This document shows, one piece after another, positions 43,094 to 52,053 of a stretch of DNA of 64,000 bases. Under the pieces are notes generated by a model. The model made no database searches. It had not been told where the DNA came from and was given only the letters and a program-made list of their open reading frames with translations. A program made the position numbers and the translations under genes. This DNA comes from Enterobacter phage vB_Ent31. The first letter of the stretch is position 1, and every line of letters begins with the position of its first letter. The DNA lies in the sequence record OR567511.1; one strand, written 5' to 3'.

Positions 43094-43178
43094 TGGCGGG
43101 TCGTGCAGGTATCGAACCTGCCTAGTCATTTCTGACACGGATTAACAGTCCGCCGCTTACCCTCTCAGCCAACGACCC
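43094..43178 (-). tRNA. tRNA with Asn-type anticodon arm (GTT) and discriminator G, but 85 nt with an extra 15-nt variable stem-loop
   Basis: Reverse complement GGGTCGTTGGCTGAGAGGGTAAGCGGCGGACTGTTAATCCGTGTCAGAAATGACTAGGCAGGTTCGATACCTGCACGACCCGCCA. The anticodon arm GCGGACTGTTAATCCGT is as recalled for E. coli tRNA-Asn. Confidence 0.7.
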
Positions 43179-43184
43179 TAAATT

Positions 43185-43259
43185 TGGTTCTCCGTAAGAG
43201 AATTGAACTCTTCTTTCCGACGTGAAAGGTCGGCGTCCTAACCGATAGACGAACGGAGA
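43185..43259 (-). tRNA. tRNA-Glu (TTC)
   Basis: Reverse complement TCTCCGTTCGTCTATCGGTTAGGACGCCGACCTTTCACGTCGGAAAGAAGAGTTCAATTCTCTTACGGAGAACCA. Confidence 0.85.
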
Positions 43260-43260
43260 T

Positions 43261-43337
43261 TGGTAGGACACGAAAGATTCGAACTTTCGACACCCGGATT
43301 AAAAGTCCGGTGCTCTAACCAGCTGAGCTAGTGTCCT
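43261..43337 (-). tRNA. tRNA-Lys (TTT)
   Basis: Reverse complement AGGACACTAGCTCAGCTGGTTAGAGCACCGGACTTTTAATCCGGGTGTCGAAAGTTCGAATCTTTCGTGTCCTACCA. 1-nt spacer to tRNA-Glu. Confidence 0.85.
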
Positions 43338-43375
43338 GTAGATATTTATAATATCAAAAATATCTTTAAGCAAAT

Positions 43376-43451
43376 TGGTGGGAATAACTGGACTCGAACC
43401 AGTGACCTAACGATTATCGGTCGTTTGCTCTACCAACTGAGCTATATTCCC
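43376..43451 (-). tRNA. tRNA-Ile (GAT), copy 2 (diverged duplicate of 41965..42040)
   Basis: Reverse complement GGGAATATAGCTCAGTTGGTAGAGCAAACGACCGATAATCGTTAGGTCACTGGTTCGAGTCCAGTTATTCCCACCA. Confidence 0.8.
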
Positions 43452-43457
43452 GGAATT

Positions 43458-43545
43458 TGGTGGGGAGTGATGGAGTCGAACCACCCGAGTCGCAATGACA
43501 ACAGATTTACAGTCTGCACCGCTACCTCTACGGAATTAACTCCCC
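43458..43545 (-). tRNA. tRNA-Tyr (GTA), class II
   Basis: Reverse complement GGGGAGTTAATTCCGTAGAGGTAGCGGTGCAGACTGTAAATCTGTTGTCATTGCGACTCGGGTGGTTCGACTCCATCACTCCCCACCA. Confidence 0.85.
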
Positions 43546-43550
43546 GAAAT

Positions 43551-43910
43551 TTATTTAAGAACTGTAGAATTCATGGACTTAACCAAGAAAACTTGATGTG
43601 GCGAACGAAGTGAACCTTCAATATAACGATGTTCTGGAAATCGTGTTGAAGTTTGGAAACCAGCTATACGATAACCTTGTTCAGTCCAACCCAAAAGTAT
43701 ACCAACCATGCATCCAGAAGTTTTTCCGCCTTTATCAAAGGCTACAATATCACCAGGAGCAATTTCATTACCCATTGAATCAGGCTTAATCCATTGTGGA
43801 GTAACCAGTTCTATAGGTATATTTATACCGCTTGAAAATTCGTAGTATTCGTCAGAACGAAGACCTTTGATATCATTAAACAGTTTGTTCCAGGTGTTGC
43901 TGATGCTCAT
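43551..43910 (-). CDS. hypothetical protein (119 aa)
   Basis: ORF track. First gene upstream of tRNA block 2 in the transcription direction. Confidence 0.5.
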   Translation of the reverse strand: MSISNTWNKLFNDIKGLRSDEYYEFSSGINIPIELVTPQWIKPDSMGNEIAPGDIVAFDKGGKTSGCMVGILLGWTEQGYRIAGFQTSTRFPEHRYIEGSLRSPHQVFLVKSMNSTVLK

Positions 43911-44136
43911 AATGTTCTCTCGCAGTATTTTGGTGAATCAACGATAATTCATCGAAGATTGACTTCATTGCATTTTTCACAAAAACTTTTTCAGATGGCT
44001 CCATCGACGTATTGTTGATGATTCTTGCCATTCGTTCTTTTAGCTTCTTTTTCCGATTCCGGACCGTCTCCTTAGAAGCGGTCCTCATGTGAGCAAGATT
44101 AGTCATCATGTTCCGTCGATAGATTAATAATATCAA
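43876..44136 (-). CDS. hypothetical basic/helical protein (86 aa)
   Basis: ORF track. Confidence 0.45.
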   Translation of the reverse strand: MILLIYRRNMMTNLAHMRTASKETVRNRKKKLKERMARIINNTSMEPSEKVFVKNAMKSIFDELSLIHQNTAREHYEHQQHLEQTV

Positions 44137-44152
44137 GTAGTTCTTTAAGCAT

Positions 44153-44350
44153 TTAACTGCGTTTGTATGCGTGGTGAATCAGAATACCAAGTACACCACA
44201 AGAAACTATAGCGCTTTTAATAATAGTTAAAACAACGCCAGTAGCAATGCCGATAAGAATCCAGTCAAACTTATTCATCGGAGAGTCGACATCATAAGTC
44301 TTCTTAGCCCACGCTTTAGCTTTGACGAACAGTTCTTTAATTTGAGTCAT
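44153..44350 (-). CDS. small membrane protein (~65 aa from MTQIKE)
   Basis: ORF-track ORF trimmed. One TM helix (WILIGIATGVVLTIIKSAIVSCGVLGIL). Confidence 0.45.
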   Translation of the reverse strand: MTQIKELFVKAKAWAKKTYDVDSPMNKFDWILIGIATGVVLTIIKSAIVSCGVLGILIHHAYKRS

Positions 44351-44517
44351 TTGCAATTTTATCCATAACGAATGAAATGATACCAGCAACGAGTGTAAGT
44401 ACTACGCTACTGATGAGTTCAGAATTTGAAAGGAACGGCCATCCGAAGATTGAAGTTCCAAGTGCTCCCAGGGTTACTACAGTAAAGATGTTTCCGATGA
44501 TTTCGCAACGTTTCATT
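44340..44517 (-). CDS. small membrane peptide (59 aa, MKRCEIIGNIFTVVTLGALG...)
   Basis: Not in the ORF track (below 60 aa). Found by translating downstream of promoter 44535-44578 and RBS aaggagattaaaaATG. Confidence 0.45.
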
Positions 44518-44534
44518 TTTAATCTCCTTGTGTT

Positions 44535-44578
44535 GATAGGGCTATAGTATCATAGCCCTCAAGGAAAGTAAACGGCTA
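44535..44578 (-). promoter_or_regulatory. early promoter with the GGGCTATAGTATCATAGCCC palindrome; copy 2 of the duplicated cassette
   Basis: Minus-strand CCGTTTACT ... TATGATACTAT in the palindrome, then AAGGAGATTAAAAATG. Confidence 0.55.
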
Positions 44579-44581
44579 AAA

Positions 44582-45592
<1,011 letters not shown>

Positions 45593-45596
<4 letters not shown>

Positions 45597-46321
45597 TTAA
45601 TTACCTTTTCAATTTTAGAATAGAGGTCCTCTAAAGAACCATCGTTTGTTATTACAATATCACCGTCTCTGATTGGTAAACCAGCTTCAGTGATGTGAGT
45701 ATCTTGTGAACTTTCACTATCTGGACGAACTACATGAATTACTGTAGCACCCATCGCCCGAGCAGCATCGAGTTCATGGTCCTGACGAGTATCTGGAACA
45801 ATGTAAAAATCCAGGTCGTCATGGAAGCTATCGACATAATCAATAGCGAATAACTTCAACCAATACATGCGGTCAACCATGTTGCAGAAAATATCAGTCC
45901 CAAGGGTCTGCATGAGACGACGTACTGTCCATGGTTTGGTATTTTTATTTATTAGGGCTTCAATCTTGGTATTTCCACTGAATGAAAAATCACCATTGTC
46001 ATGAATGAAGAACCCGTTTTCTCTTTTTCCAGCTTTTAATTTGCGGTCCAAAAGACGATAAACACACCGTTTCATGTAATCGATGACGTCTTTGTTATTC
46101 AGCAACAGAATCTGTTCGCGGTCATAACCTTTACCTTCAAAATCAAGGCGGTTCAAAGATACACCAGTTTTTTGGGTCAAATCTGGATTCCAGCAATCAG
46201 CTAATGTATCTTTAATTGGACCAGCAAGCTGGAACTTTTTAGTTTTGTAGTTATTCGCAAGATAGTCAGCGGTGGTATCTTTACCTGACCGTTTCTTACC
46301 TATGATGAAAATAAGTTTCAT
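45593..46321 (-). CDS. 1: gp1 deoxynucleoside monophosphate kinase
   Basis: MKLIF..G.KRSGKDTTAD......Y..KK.QLA.PIK..LA......RRLMQ.LGTD...N..DRMYW.KLFA.DY.......DYYIVPDTRQDHE.DAARAMGATVIHVVRP.......THITEAGLPIRDGD.VITNDGSLE.L.SKI is near-identical to T4 gp1. Confidence 0.93.
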
Positions 46322-46322
46322 A

Positions 46323-46913
46323 TTACCTCATAGAAGGATGCATTCCAACAGATGAACGAGACTGAGCAGCCTGTTCGATATTTTGTTTACCTACTATGAT
46401 TTTACCATCTTTTTCTATTTGCAAATACTTGAATGGGAACATTGCAGTGCAAATAACCGCTGGGTCAGTATCTTCAGTATAACTGAATTCTACTTCGCCT
46501 AAATCAGAACACCAAGCTCCATAATAATGAAAACTCATTACAATTTTCTTCTTGGAGTTATCAAGCATATGCACAGAAACATGAGGTGGAACGAATCCGG
46601 GTTTCCACGCTTGAGAGTTAAAATCTACGTAGTTGTTAATCGAAAGCATCCATTGATACATCTGAAGCCAAGAGTTTAGGTCTTCATCGACTAAAAAGCG
46701 TATGACCAGTGGGTCATGCTCAAAAGTTGAGCCTGGCAGTTGAGAACGTGCTAGACCACCTTGTCCAGATGGAGTTTCAGTGATAGGGATGCGTATACCT
46801 GGTATATTAGCTGATTGCACGTTAAGCGTAAAAGCTTTTGTCAATCCAGCATCAGGAATATCTACTATAAAGTTAGTAATATTCGTTTGGTTAAAAAGTT
46901 GATTAGCGTCCAA
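46323..46913 (-). CDS. 3: gp3 tail completion / sheath stabiliser
   Basis: 196 aa between genes 1 and 2 as in T4 (T4 gp3 is 176 aa). Call is by position. Confidence 0.7.
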   Translation of the reverse strand: MDANQLFNQTNITNFIVDIPDAGLTKAFTLNVQSANIPGIRIPITETPSGQGGLARSQLPGSTFEHDPLVIRFLVDEDLNSWLQMYQWMLSINNYVDFNSQAWKPGFVPPHVSVHMLDNSKKKIVMSFHYYGAWCSDLGEVEFSYTEDTDPAVICTAMFPFKYLQIEKDGKIIVGKQNIEQAAQSRSSVGMHPSMR

Positions 46914-46994
46914 TTCGCTTTCCTTCTGAAGTAGTTATAATGGTTTTGAGTTCTTCCGGAGCAATCAATATCAATCAATCCGGAAGAAGATGGA

Positions 46995-47837
46995 TTAAGA
47001 TTTCCAAACAGCAGTAGCAGAATAACGCTTGCCTTTTGACATAAACTGCTGAAGAGGAAGTAGGACAACGTTAGCCCAGTCTGCTGGCTTAATCTCTACT
47101 AAACTTCCTTTGATATGACCAGGAAGATAAGCTTTAATCATCTTATCCGCGCCAGCGAAACCTTTAACTTGACTCCAATTAATCTTCAATTTAGTTTTGT
47201 TAGTAATAGTCGGAGTGTTAGCATATTGCTTTAGCAACTCTTCGAGAAACTGTTGTCGTGCTTTTGGTGGAATATAGTGCAAGTTCAAACCATACATCAA
47301 CGTAGTTGAGCCTTGTTTACCCAATCCCAAATAAATAATCAATGGAAATCTATCCCAGAATGGAAGTGTGTCTTTATGCTTAGCATCATACATATAAGCA
47401 TAAAGTTTTCCTGGAGTAGGTTTTGATACCTGATGACCACGAATATTTTTCTTCATAGTCTCGTTGAACCAACGAGCTGACTTATTGTTAACAGCTGCTC
47501 CTTCGTTAGCAATTTTTTGACGAATGCTCTGACGGAAACTGTTAATCATCACAAGCTGTCTTTCTTGACGAGTAAGTTTCTTTGGACTCTTTCCTTCGAG
47601 TTTAGCAACTTGAACAGCTGTCTTAATTCTCGAAGCATATCTGCTCATCGCCTTTGTAAATGTAGCATATTTTATGCCTTTTTCTTCGGCAAAAGATTTG
47701 GCGGTGGCACCTTTCTTTTTCGCTTCAGCATATTCTACACCTATCTCTACCCATTTTCTTTCGTCTTTAGGGACTGTTCGAGCTATCGGTTGAGCACCTT
47801 CATTAAGTAATTCAAATATAGCCATTAGCCTTTCCAC
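46995..47837 (-). CDS. 2: gp2 DNA end protector protein
   Basis: 280 aa (T4 gp2 is 274 aa). Basic N-terminal half. Syntenic position. Confidence 0.75.
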   Translation of the reverse strand: MERLMAIFELLNEGAQPIARTVPKDERKWVEIGVEYAEAKKKGATAKSFAEEKGIKYATFTKAMSRYASRIKTAVQVAKLEGKSPKKLTRQERQLVMINSFRQSIRQKIANEGAAVNNKSARWFNETMKKNIRGHQVSKPTPGKLYAYMYDAKHKDTLPFWDRFPLIIYLGLGKQGSTTLMYGLNLHYIPPKARQQFLEELLKQYANTPTITNKTKLKINWSQVKGFAGADKMIKAYLPGHIKGSLVEIKPADWANVVLLPLQQFMSKGKRYSATAVWKS

Positions 47838-48274
47838 CCTAATCTCTTCAGACCATCTTCTGTGAGCAATCTGAATTTAATGTTATTCTTTTCAGCAACT
47901 TTTTGAGCAGCTGTCCATTTATCCTGATTCACGCTCCACGTGTATATCTCATCAATATATCTTTTCTTTGCTGCTGTGGTAAGTTTAGCAGGCTTTGGAG
48001 GTGGTTGAGTTTCTTTCTTTGGTTTCACTTCAACAAAGAATTCTTGGCCATTTACATCTCTGAACCAAAAGTCCATGAAGTATCTACGTTTTTTGCCATC
48101 CGCATTACAGAAATAAGGAATAACAACTTCTTCACTATTCCATTTAACTATTTCTGGATTTGCATCGAGCCATTTCATGAACCATGACTCCCAGGATGAG
48201 CGATATGTTATTTTACGAATATCACCCCTGTACTTTTCATGGTTCTTAGGCATGAACTTTCCGCTGTAAGCCAT
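47825..48274 (-). CDS. 4: gp4 head completion protein
   Basis: 149 aa (T4 gp4 is 150 aa). Syntenic and overlaps the gp2 start. Confidence 0.75.
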   Translation of the reverse strand: MAYSGKFMPKNHEKYRGDIRKITYRSSWESWFMKWLDANPEIVKWNSEEVVIPYFCNADGKKRRYFMDFWFRDVNGQEFFVEVKPKKETQPPPKPAKLTTAAKKRYIDEIYTWSVNQDKWTAAQKVAEKNNIKFRLLTEDGLKRLGWKG

Positions 48275-48887
48275 TTGGATTCTCCTTGCATCTGTCGAAG
48301 TGCCAAGATTTCATTCCGGTTAGTTTACCGGTTTTACCACACCATGGACAAGTCATTGTGATATTTATTTTAGCTATACTTTTTGACTGTTTAGATTTGG
48401 TATCTTCACTTAAAACTTTTCCTAAGTGAGTTTGTCTTATCTTTTCTTTTCCTTCTGGAGTGGTGAAAGATTTACCTTTTAATTTTTCTGACAAAGCAGC
48501 TCTGTGTTTAGCTGATTTTGGTTTACCCTTCGAAGCTAAACTCATTTTACGCCGAGTTTCTTTTGAATGAGTTTTACCAGTCATTCCAGTATGTAATTCA
48601 GCATTCTTTCTTTTAATCCACTCAAACTCTTTATTGTTCCTTATTTGGCCATTCGATGAAGCTGTCATTAATCTACAAGCTTTGGCCAAACCGTGGTTTG
48701 ATGGATTCATTTTGAGTAAAAGCTGATGAGCTACAAAATGTTCTGCGGCATTTAGATAAACTAAATTATCTTTATCGTCTGAACCACCCATGCATCTTGG
48801 AATAATATGATGCAACTCTTTATAGCAATTCAAATTTCGGTCTTTTGCTCTATCCATCAAAGAGTTGTAATGTCTTTGATAGTCCAT
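48246..48887 (-). mobile_element. free-standing HNH homing endonuclease with NUMOD3-like repeats and a C-terminal zinc finger (213 aa)
   Basis: HNH core ELHHIIPRCMGGSDDKDNLVYLNAAEH. Three K/R-rich helix repeats of NUMOD3 type (TGMTGKTHSKETRRKMSLASKG / SAKHRAALSEKLKGKS / PEGKEKIRQTHLGK). C-terminal CPWCGK...C. Inserted between genes 4 and 53, where T4 has only an intergenic region. Confidence 0.8.
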
Positions 48888-48936
48888 TTCATTTTCCTCT
48901 AATAAATAATATTACTATTTATAAAGTGGAGGCTTT

Positions 48937-49512
48937 ATGTTATTCAGCTTTTTTGACCCTATTACATACACCGCTAAAACGGTTGATGAAAACGCTAAGC
49001 CTATTTCCATGACAGACATTTTCAGAAACTATAAAGCATACTTCAAAAGAGTTGCTGCTAACTATCGTCTGCGCACATATTATATCCAAGGTTCTCCACG
49101 ACCTGAAGAGTTGTCTAACATCATTTATGGAAACCCTCAATTGTATTGGGTACTTCTGATGTGTAATGATAACTATGACCCTTACTACGGTTGGATTACA
49201 AGCCAAGAAGCGGCTTATAGAGCTTCTGAACAGAGATATGAAAATGCTGGTGGAAATCAGGTGTTGTACCATGTTGATGCTAAAGGAGAAAGATACTATA
49301 ACTTAGTAGAATCTGAAACTAATCCAGGCACATGGTATGACAAAGGAGATACTCTTCAAGAACATCCTCAATATCAAGGTGCTTTAGCAGCTGTAGATGT
49401 TTATGAAGCAGCTATTCTTGAAAATGAAAAGAAACGTCAAATCAAAATTATTTCTCCTGCTGATATTGACACTTTTATTGCAGACTTAATCCGTGAGATG
49501 GAGATTGCATAA
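48937..49512 (+). CDS. 53: gp53 baseplate wedge protein
   Basis: MLF.FFDPI.Y.AKTV..NA..I.MTDIFRNYK.YFKR....YRLRTYYI.GSPRPEEL.N.IYGNPQLYWVLLMCNDNYDPYYGWITSQEAAY.AS....N.GG.Q..YHV is near-identical to T4 gp53. Confidence 0.93.
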   Translation: MLFSFFDPITYTAKTVDENAKPISMTDIFRNYKAYFKRVAANYRLRTYYIQGSPRPEELSNIIYGNPQLYWVLLMCNDNYDPYYGWITSQEAAYRASEQRYENAGGNQVLYHVDAKGERYYNLVESETNPGTWYDKGDTLQEHPQYQGALAAVDVYEAAILENEKKRQIKIISPADIDTFIADLIREMEIA

Positions 49513-51242
49513 TGGAAATGATTAGTAACTCTCTTCAATGGTTCACAGGGGTTGTTGAAGATAGAATGGACCCGCTTAAGCGTGGTCGCGTACGCGTAAG
49601 AGTGCATGGGCTTCATCCATTCCAGAAGACTCAAGGCCCAGTAATGGGTGTTCCAACTGAAGACCTTCCATGGATGAGTCCAATATTTCCTGTAACATCT
49701 GCAGCTATTTCTGGTGTTGGTGGTTCAGTTACTGGCCCCGTTGAAGGGACTCATGTGTATGGTCATTTTTTAGACAAATACAGACAAAACGGAATTATTC
49801 TTGGAACGTATGCAGCAAACGCAACTGCTCGTCCAAATAGAACAGAAGGATTCTCTGACCCGACTGGACAATATCCTCGATATCTTGGTAATGACACTAA
49901 CGCATTGAACCAGGGTGGAGTTGAAGGCGACGATTATACCGCGAATATAGTTCAAGATAGTAACCTTGACACTGGTATTAATCCAGATGATACTGACCTT
50001 TCTAATATCCCGGAAGACAATAATCCGAATTACACAATAGAAGCAATGCTTCGTCGTGACGAAGGTCTCCGTTTGAAAGTTTATTGGGACGTTAAAGGAT
50101 ACACAGTTGGTATAGGTCATTTTATCGGTGAATTCTCTCAGGGAGACATGGCTGGAGCAAATAAAGCTCTTTCTAAGCAAATAGGACGAGAAGTGACTGG
50201 AAACCCAGGTTCTATTTCAATTGATGAAGCATCTATGCTCTTTGAACAAGATGTTGAAAAAGTTCAAAAAGATATTAAAGCTAACTCTGCTGTTGGCCCA
50301 GTTTATGCCAAGATGAATAAGTCTCGTCAAATGGCTTTGGAAAATATGAGTTTCCAGATGGGTGTAGGTGGTGTAGCTAAATTCACTGGCATGCTCGCGG
50401 CTATGTTCATTGGTGATTGGAAAACTGCCTATAATGAAGCAAGAAATTCTCGTTGGTTCCAACAGACCAAAGGACGAGCATCTCGTGTTTCAATGATTAT
50501 ATTGACCGGTAACTTGGAGTCATATGGTATTCCAGTATCTCCTCCAAGCCCAAAAAGTTTATCAGCGGCTGCTGTAGCTATGGCAACTGGGTCATCTGAC
50601 CCGTGGGGACCACCAGTTCCTCAAACCGGAAGAATACTTTTTAAAGAACCGCCATCGTCATATAACGGTCAATATCCATATGTCCATACAATGGAAACTG
50701 AGTCTGGACATATTCAAGAATTTGATGATACCCCAGGATATGAACGTTATCGTATTGTTCATCCAACCGGGACGTATGAAGAAGTTGCTCCTGACGGACG
50801 AAGAACAAGAAAAACTGTCGGCGACCTTTATGATATGACCGGTGGTGACGGAAATATTTTAATTTCAGGCGATAAGAAAGTCAACGTCGGTGGTGATGAA
50901 ACTTATTACAATATGGCTAATAAGATTAATCAAATCGATGGAAACAATACTCTCTTTATTCGTGGTGATGAAACTAAAACTATTGAAGGCGACGGAACCC
51001 TTTATGTGAAGGGTAATATCAAAATTGTTGTTGATGGAAATGCTGATATTCTTGTGAAAGGCGATGCAAAAACACAAGTTGAAGGCAACCACGACTACAC
51101 TGTCAATGGTAATGTCACTTGGTCTGTTAAAGGTAACGTGTCAATGAATGTCACCGGAAACTGGGCTGAAACTATGCAGACAATGAGTTCTAAAGCATCT
51201 GGTCAGTACACTGTCGACGGTTCACGTATCGATATCGGTTGA
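49512..51242 (+). CDS. 5: gp5 baseplate hub / cell-puncturing protein with lysozyme domain
   Basis: 576 aa (T4 is 575). N-terminal OB domain, central lysozyme domain (E...D...T context, similar to T4 e) and C-terminal beta-helix VxGxxxxxx repeats. Confidence 0.93.
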   Translation: MEMISNSLQWFTGVVEDRMDPLKRGRVRVRVHGLHPFQKTQGPVMGVPTEDLPWMSPIFPVTSAAISGVGGSVTGPVEGTHVYGHFLDKYRQNGIILGTYAANATARPNRTEGFSDPTGQYPRYLGNDTNALNQGGVEGDDYTANIVQDSNLDTGINPDDTDLSNIPEDNNPNYTIEAMLRRDEGLRLKVYWDVKGYTVGIGHFIGEFSQGDMAGANKALSKQIGREVTGNPGSISIDEASMLFEQDVEKVQKDIKANSAVGPVYAKMNKSRQMALENMSFQMGVGGVAKFTGMLAAMFIGDWKTAYNEARNSRWFQQTKGRASRVSMIILTGNLESYGIPVSPPSPKSLSAAAVAMATGSSDPWGPPVPQTGRILFKEPPSSYNGQYPYVHTMETESGHIQEFDDTPGYERYRIVHPTGTYEEVAPDGRRTRKTVGDLYDMTGGDGNILISGDKKVNVGGDETYYNMANKINQIDGNNTLFIRGDETKTIEGDGTLYVKGNIKIVVDGNADILVKGDAKTQVEGNHDYTVNGNVTWSVKGNVSMNVTGNWAETMQTMSSKASGQYTVDGSRIDIG

Positions 51243-51249
51243 GGTAATA

Positions 51250-51753
51250 ATGGTTGACATACTTCCAGTAAACACTGAACTGCCTGATATTCAAGAAGGC
51301 GGTTCAGTTAATCAAACATTCACAGCTCAATTAGAAGCAACAGACACATTAGAGTCTATAAATATAATTGATTTTCAACCTACTCCTGGGATTATGGTCT
51401 CAGGAGCCAATTACAAAGGCGTATATGAAAGTGTCTTTTCCTTTGGAGGAGATGCTCTTAAATATCGAGAAGGTGATGAATTTAAAGTAGCACAATCGTG
51501 GGAATCTTTACCACCTTCTGGTACAGCCGATTTATACCTCTGGAAAGCCCCCTCTAAACTTGAGAGGACATTTACGTACACAGTTAAGGTTATATATTGG
51601 AGACAAGGCGAAGACACTACAGGACCATCTGGTGAACCTGTCACACCTCCTCCAGTTAAAATGGAAATGACCAAAACTTATTCTCAGTTAGTGTATGGTA
51701 ATTGGAGCAAATGGGCTGAACAACTTCGTTCATACGTATATGCGAGACCATAA
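51250..51753 (+). CDS. gp5.1-like hypothetical protein (167 aa)
   Basis: Sits in the T4 5.1 position between genes 5 and 5.4. Confidence 0.6.
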   Translation: MVDILPVNTELPDIQEGGSVNQTFTAQLEATDTLESINIIDFQPTPGIMVSGANYKGVYESVFSFGGDALKYREGDEFKVAQSWESLPPSGTADLYLWKAPSKLERTFTYTVKVIYWRQGEDTTGPSGEPVTPPPVKMEMTKTYSQLVYGNWSKWAEQLRSYVYARP

Positions 51754-52049
51754 TGGCCGGATTAAGTTATGACAAAGCTTTAACTGCAGGACACTCTGCT
51801 TATCCTCCAACGCAAGTAAATGCGACACAGGGAAAAGTATTTGTTGGTGGAATTGCAGTTCTAGTAGATGGAGACCAAATAACTCCTCATACTAAAACAG
51901 TTAAACCCTACGACACTCACGGGGGTTCTGTTCAACCTCGTACAAGTAAAGTGTTCGTTACAGGAAAGAAAGCCGTTCAAATGGCTGACCCTATTTCTTG
52001 CGGTGACACTGTAGCCGAATCGAGTAACAAAGTATTCATTCACGGATAA
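51753..52049 (+). CDS. 5.4: gp5.4 PAAR-repeat tip protein
   Basis: [78 protein letters not shown] is near-identical to T4 gp5.4. Confidence 0.9.
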   Translation: MAGLSYDKALTAGHSAYPPTQVNATQGKVFVGGIAVLVDGDQITPHTKTVKPYDTHGGSVQPRTSKVFVTGKKAVQMADPISCGDTVAESSNKVFIHG

Positions 52050-52053
52050 AACA

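Noticed and set aside
41841-43613. Plus-strand ORFs 41841..42029 and 43425..43613, and minus ORF 42157..42375, inside tRNA block 2
   Set aside because: They overlap tRNA genes or tRNA-like RNA on the same or opposite strand. Composition is dictated by tRNA sequence.
46865-47068. Minus ORF 46865..47068 overlapping the gp3/gp2 junction
   Set aside because: Out-of-frame overlap with the gp2 C-terminus. The gp3 start at 46913 with an RBS already accounts for the interval.
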